A stretch of DNA of 64,000 nt from Polymyxa betae A26-41 (GCA_003693705.1 RBZT01000696.1:1-64000); one strand, 5' to 3'; numbered from the stretch's first letter, positions 33,596 to 47,659 are shown. Notes: generated from the sequence alone by a model not told the origin. A program made the numbers and translations.

Positions 33596-33853
33596 TTAAT
33601 ATAGGCAGTTACCAAGATCGAGTAGATATCTGGTGCCAGCCGCTACAACCAGGCCCAGTAACGCTAATAAGGTCGAGGCGCCCATCACCATAAACGTTAC
33701 GGCGGTCAGGCTGACTGCGGTGCTCTGGCCGCCGCTCAGTGCCAATCCGAACGCCATGAAGGCGCAGCTCAGGGCGGCGCACAGCACGCCCGCCGTCACG
33801 GTCAAGTACGGCTGCCGATGACACCACGCCCGACTCGTCACTGTCATGCTCAT
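33596..33853 (-). CDS. Small two-TM membrane protein
   Basis: MSMTVTSRAW... with two long hydrophobic segments. Confidence 0.55.
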   Translation of the reverse strand: MSMTVTSRAWCHRQPYLTVTAGVLCAALSCAFMAFGLALSGGQSTAVSLTAVTFMVMGASTLLALLGLVVAAGTRYLLDLGNCLY

Positions 33854-34086
33854 CAACTGGTATGAACATCGCCCGAACAATCGCCGATTTCCACGTAACG
33901 TTGCCGCTGCGTTTCTGCTACCATCAGATACCTATGTTACCGAGAGCCACGTCTCCATCAGGGCCGTATGAGAGCCAACCAAAGAAAGGTGATCGCTTTG
34001 GTTTGTTATTCATGTTTGCGTCAGTAAAGTCAACCAGCTCGGAAACTTCTGTGAGTCTTTAAGAGTGAAGGTTTTTTTTGTGAGTT

Positions 34087-34410
34087 TTTTTTGTCTGCGG
34101 GAATTTCTATTTGACATTTTTTGTCTGCGGGAAGTTTCTATTTGACGTTTTTTGTCTGCTGGAAGTTTCTAGTTAACATTTTTTGTCTGCGGAAAGTTTC
34201 TATGGGACTCGGAAAAATATGTTTTTGGAATTTTTCCAGATTTTTTCAGGTTTTATAAAAATATCAAGATTTTTGAAACTTTTAGCAGTTTTTTGAAGAT
34301 TCTTGAAGATTGATTTGGAATTTTCCAGATTTTTTCAGGATAATACAAAGTTTTGGAGATTTTTCAAACTTTTAGCTGGTTTTTGGAAGATTCTTGAGGA
34401 TTGATTTGAA
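34087..34410. repeat. T-rich tandem repeats (~30 bp x4, then ~91 bp x2)
   Basis: tttttgtctgc(g/t)ggaa.tttcta x4 (34087-34203), then ttggaattttccagattttttcagg...gattcttga.gattgat x2. Confidence 0.85.
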
Positions 34411-34524
34411 CTTTTTCAATAAGTCAGATAGATGAGTCAACATCGGAGAGCAGTGGAGTCAAGTTTGTGTTTGACCTGAGCGCCGTCCTGACATTTCATT
34501 TCGGTTTCATTCCTAACTTATCTT

Positions 34525-37500
34525 ATGTCAGCCCGTTTAATTTATTCCAGCGGCGTCGCTGCCCTGGTCATGTTCTATTTAATCCCCGCCCTGACGCTGG
34601 CAGACGCCGACGCCGACTGCGCCGACGACCTCAATCGGGTCGTGATCAGCGGCGGCATCTCCGAACCTACCGTTACCGGTCTACTCAAGTCGCTGGCGCA
34701 GCCCGCTTCTGTTACCATTAAGCAATCAAACCCGGCTGTCAACCGTGTCGTTGTGCGTGGCGGGATCTCCGACCCGCCTGTGGACTACAATCACGTCACG
34801 GTCACGGATTACAATCGTGTAACAGTCACGGACCCCAACACCCCAATCAGTGTGCCCATCACAACCTGGACCAAACATCCACAAACGCCTTCGCCGCAGC
34901 AGCGCCGTAACGTGGCCGGTTATGGCGCTTCTACCAAACACCGTAACGTTATTTTCGTTACGACCGATGTCCCCACTGATTTACGTTCTGCAGAGCGCTA
35001 CATCGCCATTGGCGGTCATGGCGTGCTGCCGCAAGATGCGCAGAGTAACGTTGCCACAGATGCGGATCGTAACGAGGCCAAGCTGTACGGTCATGCCGTA
35101 ACTGGCGGCCAGGATGTCTTCGCTTCGCAAGATGCGCAGACCGCAAATGCCGCGAGTCTACAGACGAAGCTGTATGCCGATGTCATTCCTGGCGGCCAAG
35201 ACGTTTTCGCGCCATCACAGGATTCTCTGCGTAATGCCGCTCTGGACACGGAGCGTAACGTTGCAGACCTGTATCAGCATGCCGCAACCGGCAGCCAAGA
35301 TGTTCTCGTTCTATCGACGCCCTGGAAAGAGAGTCACGTTGCTCGAGACACGGAGCGTAACGTTGCGAAACTGTACGCGCATAACGATAGCTCACAGCAG
35401 TATGCGGATTACGTTTCAACTTTTACTCAGAATTGACATATGATTAGGGGAGTCTGGCCGCAGCCACCTGTAACATCAATCGGCCTTGGCAGCATCGATA
35501 ACGTGAACATCACGGAATTATTCGGCCAAATCTCCAACGACATTCCTGTCAACGACGTCAGCGCCAGTGACGTTACCGCATCGCCTTACGTTACCGCATC
35601 GCCGTCACTTGGCCCTGTTGCAGGCAATGCCGCAACGGGCAGCCCCGGGTCCAGCCCCAACGCCGCCAACAACGTGGACTCGCAACAACAGCCCGGCAAC
35701 GTTACCGTGGGTAACGTGTCCAGTCCAAGCTCGAAATCATCCTCCATGAGCAACGGCATGCCCGCAACCGTCACGATGCTGTCCGTGGCGCCCGATTCCA
35801 CCACCACTATTACGATACAGCCCAGTGCTAACGTTACATCCTGTATGATCATTGTGCAACCCGGGCTGGAGACCATGCTCACCAATGTCGTCTTCGAATA
35901 CGGCCTGATCACGTTACAGTTCGCGTCCGGCATCGGCCACGTCGCCCAGTTGCCCACGTTGCCGTCGAACATTACGCTGATCGTGGAACGGGCGTCGCCG
36001 AGCGTGACAACATCGATTCTGTGTTCATGCCCAAGCTCGAGCATTGTGATCCGACCGGGTAACGTAATCGATACGATTACCACAGCCACTGCCAACGATA
36101 CACTGAAGATCGACCTGGTCGTCAAAGAGACGTCTCTGTTCGCTTCTATGCTGGGCGCGACCCGCCCTGATGTAACGTTATCCAATGTCGTCTACAATCG
36201 TAACGCAGCCACGTTACCAACGGCAACGTTACCTGGGAGCAATTCCGTTCCATCGCTTTCTAGCCTTCAGCAGGAAGGATTTGTGCCGGGGATCAACTCC
36301 GTCTCTGGACTGCCTGGTGTTTCGTTACAGACCCCAGTCGGTAACATACCCAACTACGTTTCATCCCTATCGGGGTCACAAAACCAGAATAGCGTTCTAC
36401 CAGTGATCAATCCCGCAACGAGTATGAGTGGAGTTTCGTTACAGATCCCGAACATATCCGATTACGTTACATCACAATCTGGCCCTCAAAGTCAATCAAG
36501 TCCTTATGCAGGCACGATATTGAGCCAGCAGATGCTGTCCCCGTTCTCTGGAGCTTCGTTACAGAATGTAACGGCAAGTAACATATCCGGATTGCTGAAC
36601 ACCGCCTCTTTCGTTACGTCATCGTCCGGTTCTCAGGATCTCTCAACTCCAAATGCTAACTCACCAAACGTTCTGGTTGGAAATCCCCCAGGCATCCTAG
36701 GGGCTATGTTACAGAATAATGTTACATCACCAACGAGTGGGGCCTCCGTTGCTGTTACGTCAAGTCCCGGTCTTCCACTGAACCAGTTCATCTCCACACC
36801 AAACGTTACAGCTGCGAACGACACGTTGATGAGCGTTACCGCAAATACTACAACGTTACCCAGCATAAACAACACCACTGGTACATTTCCGAGCGATTCT
36901 TCAAACAATGTTACGTTACCAGATGATCGCACTAACCTGATCTCCACTGCTAACGTTACCTCCAACGTTACGTTACCCGTCGCCAACAACAATTCTGGAT
37001 CATCGACGATGAGCAATTCATCAACCAGCAATGTTACGCTGTCTGATGTTACCAACAGTACTGGGCCATCTGCGAACGACGCGGAGAGTAACGATACCAC
37101 CAATGTTACATTACCCATCATCGGGAACACCACGGTGCCATCGACGAACAATTCTATAGGCAACGTTTCGTTACCTAATACTGTGTCATCGATCAGCAAC
37201 ACGCCGTCTAATGTTACGTTCAATGCGTCGTTACCAATCGCCACTGCTGTACCATCGATGAACACGTCATCGAGCAATGTTACCATCAGCAAGGTTACAT
37301 CACCTGATTTTAGTAACATCACTTTGCCGGCGACGAGCAACACTGTACCCGATGTTAACAGTTCTGCTGTGCCATCGCTGAACGACACGTCACCAGAGGC
37401 TAACGATACAGACCTGACCACAACGAGCACCGTCGCAGGCAATGTTATGTTACCGAATGGCACCAACTCCGCTGTGCCATCGACGAGGAACACTACGAGC

Positions 37501-39792
37501 AATGTTTCATTACGTGACGGTACCAACACTCTGTCCATGAACAACTTCTCGAACAGTATGTTACCAAATGATACCAACCCTGCTGCTGAGCCATCATCAT
37601 TGGGCAACTTGCCGAGTAACGCTACTCTTGGCAACGTTACCAACACCGCTGGACCATCAAGCAGCAACATCACCAACAATGTTTCTTTGCGTAACAATAA
37701 CAGCTCTGCTGTGCCATCCGTCAGCGACTTCACGGCCAATGTTGCGGTACCTAACATTAACAGCTCTGATGTACCATCGGCAAGCGAGTTCACGGCCAAT
37801 GTTACGTTACCTAACAATAACAGTTCTGCTGTGCCATCGACAAGCGACTTCACGACCAATGTTACGTTGCCTGAAGTGATCGATACCGCTCCACCATCGA
37901 TGAATCGCCCCATGGCGAACGTTACGAATCCTGTAACAAACGTTACCACCCCTAGTGATGAGGCGAACGCCGTAACGCCACGCCAACCATCGGCTAGCAG
38001 GCCAACAGTGAACGTTACCGTGCCAGGCATCAGCGTCAATGGTGGTCGTTCCCCAGCCATTCCATCGCTGCTCAACACGACGGCGAATTCTACGTTACCT
38101 AACGTTGACAACGCGACTCTGCCTTCGATGCAAACGCCGACTGAGGGCAGTACGGCACCTGGCGTTCAGAGTAACGGCCCATCGCCGTTTAATCCATCCA
38201 TTAGCGGCACGAGGTCGAATGTTACGTTACCTATCATTAACAACAATGTTACATCGCCATCGATGAGCAGTCCCGCCATTGACGTTGCTGATGATGTCTC
38301 CTCACCAGCACCTTCGGTGAACGCCCTCACCGGCGGTAATAATAGTAACATTACATCGCCATCTCTGCCGTCATTAAACAACAACACGGCGAACGCTGCC
38401 GTTCCTAGCGTCGTGTTGTCCAATGCCTCGAAGCTCTATGCTTCACCGAAGAATCTCGGCTGGAACGTGACCTCACCGGGGGTGACCTTTTCCGGTGGAT
38501 CCGAATCGGCTCTGACCTTACCTAACGGCACGAACTCGGACGTCAGCGTTCCGGTCTCGCATCTGAAGCGCCCAGCTCGCACACCGGTCTCTCTGTTCTC
38601 GGGCGGAACAGAATCCAACACGGGACGTAACAAAAACGCCACGCATCTCGATCGGCGTCATTTCGCGAACCGTCCGTTGACGGCGCACCCAGGCGACAAA
38701 CATCTCAAAAGCAAATCGCTGGAGCTACGAACATCAACAGGCCGTCCGCATTCTGATGGACCCACGACCGAAGGTGACCAGCGGCCTCTAGAAGATCGCT
38801 CATTCCTTGGTGATTTTGGTCAAGAGTCCAATATCAAGAGGTTGTTATTGAACGATTCCGCTCCTCATGTAACCAATTCCACCGCTGAAGGCCGCACACC
38901 ATCTCCAGATCCAGTTATCCCGGCTTCAGTCCAGCCAGCTGGCAAAAAACGCAACATTACAATCGCTCCAGAATCTGGACCGAACGACCTGCAGCAAAAA
39001 CACAAGAACCGCGAACGCCGTTCTGATGGAAAGGCGCCCACAAAAAGTTTGATGCAAGACTTCCTTTCTGTGTTGGGACTCGAGAAGGAGACACCGACGC
39101 CTGAGAATAACATCACCATCACACCAGCGCCAGATAGTGACATTACCAACCCAGTGACAAATGCCACTGTGATTCCAGTGACCAACACCACGACGATTCC
39201 CGTCAATTCAGCCAACATCAGCGACGACGGCCTCCATGAGAAGCTCGTCATCGATAACGCCACCGATTCGTCCACATTGTCCAGCTTGCAAGCAGCGATC
39301 AACTCTACAGACGGGAAATCAGCACAGCTGACAGACACCACGTCCGGATACAACATGATCTTCGCTTCGACAGCTGCGCCATTGAACGGCGGTCGTACTG
39401 GAAATACGAAATCGCATAACAATGTTGATCGTCACCCTGGTGTTATGACACCCAACAACGACCTCCAAACGCTCTTCTCGACGACCGCACCGCTTTCCGG
39501 CAGCCGAACCGGCATCATGACGCCAAACGGCGATGCTCAGGGCCTATACGGGGCCAAACCAAACAGTAACAATGATCAGGACCAGTACGGCTTGAAACCG
39601 ATTCAAGGCCTAAATGGGATGAAACCGAATGATCGTCAGGGAATGACCCCGCCTAACAGCGATGTGCAGTTGCTGCAGCAGATTCTAGGTCCAGCAGTTA
39701 CTGTTGCATCCAACGATCAGAAGCCATCGCAGCCGCAATTCGGACGCCATCGACTGTACGAATCCCATACTGAACCTGGCAAATTATATTAA
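34525..39792 (+). CDS. Giant secreted mucin-like S/T/N/P-rich glycoprotein, 2 exons, 1739 aa
   Basis: Signal peptide ...VAALVMFYLIPALTLA. Intron 35400-35447 (GTATGC...ATTAG, phase 2) fuses the 303-aa and 1450-aa ORFs. Dozens of N-x-T/S sequons and internal repeats. Confidence 0.85.
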
Positions 39793-40011
39793 ATGCATTC
39801 TTAACTATTAACGGGTTGAAAAAAAGTGACTTCTATAGCTGATAGCAGGCGACTAAAGAAATGATACTGATTTCACATCTGTCACAATGTCAAATATATA
39901 TAAATATGAACAGATTGCATTCTTGATAGCAGGAACAGCCCAAGTTTTCGAGAAATAGCTCGTCTAGCATTGCTGTCATAGTCGTCAAGCAATAACCCAG
40001 TTACTGGTCCA

Positions 40012-41228
40012 TCATTGAGAAGGCAATGTTCGAGATAGAAATTTGGGCACAGGGCGTGCCTATAGAGCTTGGTTATATACTAGCGTCAGTTGCAGGCAAT
40101 TATTGTGCCAACCTTGAACATATGCTTGTTCAGCTCCTCTTCAATCTCGCGGTCTTTTATTCTCTAAATAAACCCGTTAGAAGCAGAGATTACTTGGAAA
40201 GAAGAACGTTTGAAAGTTTCGGTTAAGAAGCAAACGAAAAAGCAATGTTATAAACGTCCTTCAACATAGCATACATCAAATCCCCATAGAAAATAAAACA
40301 AAGACATGAGCACCTGAAGCTCGTTTTGTTTTCTGATACGTTCCTCTTCGGCTAACCGCAGCCGTTCAGCACGTTCGGCCTCAGCTTGCTTTCTTGACGA
40401 CATAAGCTTGTCGCACTGCATAGAGAAAGGAGCCTGGACGTTTAAATTCAGAAGTTTGTCAATGAAATTGTTCAGACCTACAAGTTTCGTGACGTTAGCG
40501 GGCGAGCCGGGCGGTTTCAAGGATACATTGGCGCTCTTTCGTCGCAGAGCACTTCCTGCAAATACGCCGGAATTATAGTCGTTGTTCTGGATTTCCGAAG
40601 TCGAGACACGGCGCTTGACAAAGCGCGGCAGTGGTTTCGCCTATCAATCCTGAATATCTGTCCATGTTCTTGAAAAGCAAGAAAAATAGTCTGTCCATGG
40701 GCAACAAATGCTAAAAAGGATTATCACAAAGTCAAAGCTGCGAAGAGCGCAACATATTTATGCAGCATGCATATAAATGGAAAAACTAGCAGTTGAAGGA
40801 ATACGGAAAGATAGAACTGTTTAACTGACTATCAAGGAGAGAGAGGAAAATAATTTCCACGAGAGGCTAATAATAAATTCATAAAAGCTTCAGCATTGGA
40901 AAATCTGATCGTTCATACAGCAAAGAAGCAAAACACATTTCGGCAAAAAAGAGAATAGGATAATCATGAACACCAGAAATAATGATAACCTTAAACTCTG
41001 GAACTGGCTCTTCAGCGACAACTTTTTTTGTCGCTTTCGATCTTCGCAATGTCTCAGGCGAGAAAGAACTTCGAAAGATATGTCAAACAGCGCGGTCTGG
41101 CACCTATGCAGTTACCGGGTCGGCTCCGATTTTGAGTCCTTGATTTTGAACGGAGAGTAATGTCCTCGCCCCAAAGGTCTGGCACGAAATTCGCCCCGAT
41201 ATTCGCTGCTGATTGACGAGGTCGTCAT
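40012..41228 (-). CDS. TPX2-like microtubule-associated protein, multi-exon
   Basis: The spliced product has EFRARPL, EFK|AKPLP, APFSMQCD plus a charged helix, and HMFK|ARPVP. These are TPX2-type FKARP motifs, two of them split by introns. Confidence 0.7.
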
Positions 41229-41469
41229 TGGAACTTCAAAGCTCGAATAAGGACAACTCCAAGCACAGAAACTCCAAGGTCACGATGAAACATAACAGGG
41301 GGCTGCGCTCCCCTTTAAACAACTATCGCTCGCTCATCATTGACCATTTCACACTTCTCTAATTGACACTCTCTCTGCAATCGAGATTTGGAGTCTTCAA
41401 GTTAATGTCATGGCTTAGAATGGAGAGGGATTAAGAGGTGTTGTTCTTGAAGCGATAAGTCTTGGTGGG

Positions 41470-44400
41470 AATTGAGATGAATTGGCCTTACGGAGGATTC
41501 AAGAACGTTTGAAGCTGGCTCTCGGAACAATACCGAGCAGATGCTCATCCCAGGATCAACCTGTCGTCTGCAGCTTGGGATGTGCTCGGTCGACCATGAG
41601 CATTCACCGCCTACTGCTGTTGTAGATAACCCTCAATCACAGTCGTTCGTTATGTTAGATGGAGGTATTTAAGGTTCATTCTATGTTTGACTTATCATGT
41701 TTCGATAATAGTTTTATTTCGATAAACATGTTTCTGTCATGCGGGCTGGCTTTATGGGACTCAGGAGACATGTTTTAAAGCTTCACAGCAAACGCCCATG
41801 TCGTTGACAAGATCTAACCCTACCATATAGGATATGCAAGGCATGATTCGGGAGATTTAGTCTATCAGCGTCCTGGTCATTGGACCCGGAGCTTATTCAA
41901 ACAGCTTGTCGCGCGTCTTAACCAGAATCGCTACAATGACATTTCTGGGATTCTTTTCGACTCTTTGCGAAAACTTGATCGGTCTGCAGCTAAAACCCCT
42001 CAAGGATCTGCTACATTTATCGGTAAGTTCAAGGTTTCGAAATTTACAGAAATTTTGCTCTTGGTGCATTGTTTTGTGAATTACTACCTTTTAAAAGTTA
42101 GAAAACTCACGTTTATGATTCTTGAAACGTTCGCTTATGATTCTTGACACGTTCTACATTTGTTGGCTAAACTTACTATCGCTTCAGTGGGATCTACGCT
42201 TCCACAGCGATTGGGTACAGACAAGTTCATCATCCTTGATATAAAGGCTTTATTTGATGGTGCTGCTGTCCTCATTCGGCCTTTTGGACCGAAAATCGAT
42301 GTCGATATTGCGAATCTAGACGACGAGAGCGTATCGCTTCGCAGATTGAAACATCAGCCTCAGGGCAACCTTGAGAGTGACTTGACTTTTCAGTTGGAGA
42401 AAGTGAAATCAGAAATTCTATCACTTCAAATTCGGAAACTTGGCTGCCAGAAAGACATCTCTAAGTTGGAAATGAAAGAGCAGCCAGATCTCGAGAATGA
42501 GCAAGTTTTAAAACAGATTAGGCTAAAACAAAAGACCATGTGCTCTCTGCAGTCGGCTATCGATTTTGAGATGGAGAGGCTGGAAGAATTTCAGTTCAGA
42601 AAATCTTTAGCTGGAATTTCTGATACAGGTAATTTTTTTATGCCGGTTTCAGTTTCTTGATTGCTTATAATCGTCTCTTTAATGCACTCTTTTATAAGAA
42701 TGGTTTCAGATCTACGCGTGGAAGAAATCATACAGCGGTTAATTATACTTGATCGGAAGATTACGACGTGCTTGGCGAGGTCGATCCTCGACTCGATCAT
42801 AGTCAAAGCTGTGTCTATCGAGGCTAAAACGAATTACTCTCAGCAGAATACCGGCTTTATGAAGATGCTGAATCTTCTCGAAACATACTTCAATATTTGG
42901 GTCAATGCGAAAGAGACTCGTGAATATCGCCACCAGCTAAAAAGGAATGATGCTGTACTCAACTCCTTAAATCTGATTCTTCGAGATACGATGTCGACTC
43001 TTTTCCCAGCTGATGATCTTGCCAACAAAACCATATTCGTGCACGCTTCGAACCAAGCAGATACAGAGGATGAACAAGGGGCAATTAATCGGAATTCTGA
43101 CGAGGCTGAGCAATCTATGCTCAAGGAAAGAGAAGGTCCAATTGTGCTTTCTTCTGCGGTGCTGATAAAGGATATTGGCCATGATCACAATGCGAATCTT
43201 GGAAAGACTGCTGATTTAGAAAAGGAAGACGAAATGCTGCGGTTTCTTCAAAAGCAACTTGGAGAATCTTACGGTTTCATCGAAACATCGAATGATGAGG
43301 TCATTACTACACAGAACCCTGAACTTGTTGCGGAGGCAAGGAGAGAAGCGCACCCAGACGAACGTGCTGGAGAGTGCCGCTCTGAAGATGAAACCCACCG
43401 ACAAGGTGAAGCGGGTTCTCAGCATTATTCGAGACCCCAACGGCATATTTCGTCAGCTTCTACACCGTCAAGATTGTTTTCCGATCAGCCAACAAAGACC
43501 ACATCTCATCATCAAAATGCTGGGTTTATGAATAGCAAGGTTGCAGAACCTTTTGAGAAACCCGAAGAAGTGATTGAGCATCTGAAATCGCTTCTTGAAG
43601 AGTCTTATGATAAAATCTCCACCGACTCGCCCCTTATTCGAGCCCCGAGTAGCTCAACTCACGTTTCGCATTATGGCCATGACGATAACTATGAATCGCT
43701 TTTCAGTGAGCTGACGGACGACCTTCAGCGTGATATTAATGAGAAAGAACTTCATGTAACAAAATTTGATTTTCTTTTTGTTTTTCTAACCGAATTGAAC
43801 TTACTTTGTCGTTTCTTAAAGCGAATCGAACTGTCTTTCCATATTTCTAACCAATTTTTTTCTCAGAAGGCCAAGCTCAAGATTGTCCGATTCAGCGCCT
43901 ACGTGGAAATCGTTGGTGAATGCGGATGGTCGGTGGGAATTTCGAAGTTGAAGATAGACGAGTCGAGAAAATATGCTCTGCGGCAGATTGAACGATTTCC
44001 CCGAAACATTCCCCTAAAGTACGAAATCGTAGCCAAGACCAACCGGGCGATTTCTGGTCTTACTAAAAGGTGCTAATTTTTTAATGTTTTCGCATTGTTT
44101 CCGGCAAACCACTGAATTTAATCAACAAATGACCAGCTTAAAGACATGCTGTAGCAGTTTTGGTGAGTTATTTCTAGGGGGAAGTGGTATCCCGATATTC
44201 GAACGTTTTACAACGAAACCGCGAGTTGGATCTTGGGACGCCAACCGAAAGAAAATCAGTCCGATGCCACTCATAATGGACATCCTTGGCAGTTGATGTC
44301 GGGGCGTCGGGAATCATGCCCGCCTGAACTATATCAGAATTACAACTGGATTCTATTCCCTCGCGATATTGTTATAATTGGCAACCACTCGCTTTGGAAT

Positions 44401-44500
44401 AGTATTACAGACAAGGTACAATACTTCGTCTGCAACTCTTTGTATAATATGACAATTGTCTTTTCAGGAATTAGCCGATCTCGCGAATCGCAACTATAAT
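41470..44500 (+). CDS. Multi-exon hypothetical coiled-coil protein (ends uncertain)
   Basis: Long open exons at about 41831-42022, 42188-42628 and 42700-43750 with in-phase GT-AG junctions where checked. Coiled-coil segment LEKVKSEILSLQIRKL. Confidence 0.55.
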
Positions 44501-44519
44501 TATGACTGTACCAGTATTG

Positions 44520-45567
44520 CTAAAAGCGTTGCTGACCTTGTAAGTTCAAATTTATACGCTTGAATTGTGATGCTTGATAACATTGACCACAGACCGTCAG
44601 AAAACGCTGTGAATTTCCAGTTTTATTGAATGACCGGGCACCTGTCAGCTGCATTGTTTGTAAAGTCGGTGTGTATCCTCCGAATTTAGAGCAATCTTCC
44701 GAACGGCCAAAGCGACCCTGCGTCATCATATGATACTATGTCGGTTGCAAAGAATCATGGATGCCGATGCGATAAGAATTCTCACACATACCTAGCCCAG
44801 AGATTACGAATCAGTTTGATGTTTGCACCTCTGAACCTGACGATGCCCTCAAACGATGGCAATATCAAATGCGTTTCTTCGTCTCGTCATCTTCGTAGTC
44901 CCATGATAAAACGGTAACAGGTCATGTCTCACAAAACCTAACGACAAAAAATGAAAAGTTAGTTTCGGTGTGTGTAAATAATTTTTTCGTAGAATTTTTC
45001 GAAAGGCCTGCTGCAGTTCTGCGGGCGATGTTTGAGCTGCAAATATGGACGTGGTTTCGGTAAAATCTTTGAAATTTCGTGAGGATTTGAGGAGATGCGA
45101 CTAGGTGAAAACTTCAGCTTATTTCGATTTCTCAAAACCATGTTCATTTTATTTGAGGAGAGCAACACAAATTTAGCAAATGTCTGGGAATAGTCTGAGG
45201 ATATATTGCGAACTTGCTATCTAGACAATTGCCGCCTGGCCTCGACAGCAGCGAACAGGACACACGATCTGGGTCGATGTACATGGGAACCAGGATGATA
45301 TAACCAAAAATTATAATGTCATTTTTGAAAAATAGTATCACAAAAATGGCACATTAAAACACCTTTCAGTAACTGCTGGATGCTCAGGAACTTGCCGATC
45401 TGCGACTTCGCGTCGTTGATCGTTCTACGTACAGCTACTGATAAGGTCAATGCGATGAAAGAGGAAGTCGCTGGTGCTGATGACATTCTGCTGTGTTGGA
45501 AAAGAATGTAAAATACCGCTGTTGCTAATAAAGAATCGTCTGATTCCGAAAAGGGGAGCTCAGTCAT
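44520..45567 (-). other. Possible multi-exon hypothetical gene or pseudogene
   Basis: A series of short minus-strand ORFs with splice-like boundaries, some with internal stops. No motif recognised. Confidence 0.25.
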
Positions 45568-46358
45568 CGGAGCACGCCCGCAATCGTGAGCGCGAATATT
45601 GGCGTTCTTGGGCGGCGAGAACTATAATAAATAATCGATCATGGAAGTGCTGACTTAGTTGTTCCATACGTAAATAAAGATTCTGGTAACATTACAGATG
45701 TATTTCACATGATTGGAGGAGTGGAGTTGGTTTAAAGCTGATTCGTGCAGCAATGCTATATGAACGTCTTAGTGAGTTCTGCTTGAAACGTGGTTCAGAG
45801 TGGAACTATTGCAGGAGCGAGCTGAGCTTTGGCCTCAGCCACCGAATGTCTTGAGGCTTGTTGGGAACCCGGTCTAGCCGTTACCCCTACTGTATCGGTC
45901 ACGAGCTCCTTGACACAGCGGAGATTGGTTTTAGCTGTAGTTGGGACCATTCAAAGAATATGACCCGGATATGAGAGTTGGTATTCAGGATCTATCAGAC
46001 CATATAGAGATGCGTGTATATAGACGAAGGACTGAATATTGTCATTGTGCTGGCATCAGAGCTATTACAGACATTATTACATACAGAGTTTATTGAGGTT
46101 TCCTTTAATTAACTGCCATTTTAGAAAAGTGAACTGATCAAATGCTAGATCAATCGACTAAGCAAGGAAATGTTGATTGTAGAAACACCCATTGTCGTAA
46201 ATCAGATCAAATTTGGCATCATACAGCAAATAATGTCGATAGGAGCGCAAATCGGAACGGATCGGACGTTGTAGCCACCACAATCTAAGACACATGGTGA
46301 TCGGCGACCCAGATTAGTGAGATCGCGACCGAGCCAAAACCCTAGCTCACTCAGCATC

Positions 46359-47033
46359 ATGACCGATCAACAAGACGATCACACGCCGGCGGCACCAACC
46401 CGACCCGCCGTTCGCCTATGGCTCAACTCATCCAGCAACAATGGCGCCGACTGGGAAGACCTGGGCCAGCACGGCCAGGAGCAGCAGCAGCCGTCGCCGC
46501 CGGACGACGGGCCCGAATCCGACGTCGACGACGAGTCGGCGTCCTCCGACGACCAAACGTTCGAATACCGCGAGATTGCGGCGAATTGGAACGAGAGGTT
46601 CGGCAACGGCGCGAGGCCGTACCCGCCCATCAGCGAGGTCTGGGCCGCGCTGGGCCGTGACGCGCGTGCCGGTGATACCGCGCGGACCAGGCCCGACGGG
46701 TTCCTTCGCGGGTTCTATCAGGGGTCGTGGGCCCGCCCGGACGCGGATCCGGTGTCGCCGCGTTCCAGCCGGCGGACTCCGCCGCATCCCGAGGACCCGC
46801 TGGCGGCGGCGCCGTCGACAGCATCAGACCTGCAGCAACAATTGCAGGCGACGGAGGGCGTCCTGTTACTGGTAGTGATCTGCCCGCTGCTGATCGCGAC
46901 GCTGTGCATGTACGGCGTACTGGCCCTGGTCCTGAACGTGATCCTATCGGCGGTTGTGTTCCTGACAGCCAACCTTAACTCGATGTTTTGGCAGCAGCAG
47001 GCGGAGAGGCCGCGCCAGCATCTTGATCATTGA
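46359..47033 (+). CDS. Disordered acidic protein with C-terminal TM hairpin
   Basis: ATG at 46359, GC-rich, hydrophobic GVLLLVVICPLLIA...VILSAVVFL, with AATAAA after the stop. Confidence 0.7.
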   Translation: MTDQQDDHTPAAPTRPAVRLWLNSSSNNGADWEDLGQHGQEQQQPSPPDDGPESDVDDESASSDDQTFEYREIAANWNERFGNGARPYPPISEVWAALGRDARAGDTARTRPDGFLRGFYQGSWARPDADPVSPRSSRRTPPHPEDPLAAAPSTASDLQQQLQATEGVLLLVVICPLLIATLCMYGVLALVLNVILSAVVFLTANLNSMFWQQQAERPRQHLDH

Positions 47034-47068
47034 TTATCAATAAACCGCCAAAAGACGCAAGTCTTTGA

Positions 47069-47659
47069 TTGATAATGGGGTGCTGGGGTCACGGGGTCGC
47101 GGTCATGCCCCATGCCGTGCCGGGGTGCGTTATGTCGCGACTGAGGCCGAGGGCGGCCACGACGCATAAGTGCGACGTACTTAGCTCGCGCCGCGCCCTG
47201 ATGCCAACGTCCATAAACGTCCTCAATGGATGTGCTCGTGATCCGACGGCTCCTGCCGTATCTATGCGTTGGCCTGATGATGCTGTATATGTCGGTCGTA
47301 GGGCTGCAACGTTCTCGTTTTCAGTAGGAGGCAATCCGGCCCTGGGAAACGACCTTGGCTCAACGTTTCTCAGATTGCTGCCGAATAACAGCGGCCATAG
47401 ATTCTTCGATCATAGAGCGCCTGTCGAGAGTTCGCTGCTTGTGCTGAATCGAACCGCCGGACTCGTCTACGCTGTCGCCTATTTCCTGCATCTCGTCTGC
47501 CCCGAGATTGTATTCGCGTTCAACTACCCGCGTATCAATCGGCCGCCTCCAAACCCGACCAACGAACCTGAACCGGTTGTAGTCGGCAACGGCGCCCTGT
47601 TTCAAGTTGACGACCATCAAGACGACGAGGATTCTTACCCGGACCAACAAGAGGCCTAA
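47069..47659 (+). CDS. Hypothetical protein, start uncertain
   Basis: Open frame with a hydrophobic segment and an acidic tail. Confidence 0.4.
   Translation: MIMGCWGHGVAVMPHAVPGCVMSRLRPRAATTHKCDVLSSRRALMPTSINVLNGCARDPTAPAVSMRWPDDAVYVGRRAATFSFSVGGNPALGNDLGSTFLRLLPNNSGHRFFDHRAPVESSLLVLNRTAGLVYAVAYFLHLVCPEIVFAFNYPRINRPPPNPTNEPEPVVVGNGALFQVDDHQDDEDSYPDQQEA

Noticed and set aside
35586-39422. Long minus-strand ORFs (199, 492 and 185 aa) and 57394-58194 on the plus strand
   Set aside because: Antisense shadows of low-complexity or GC-rich genes.
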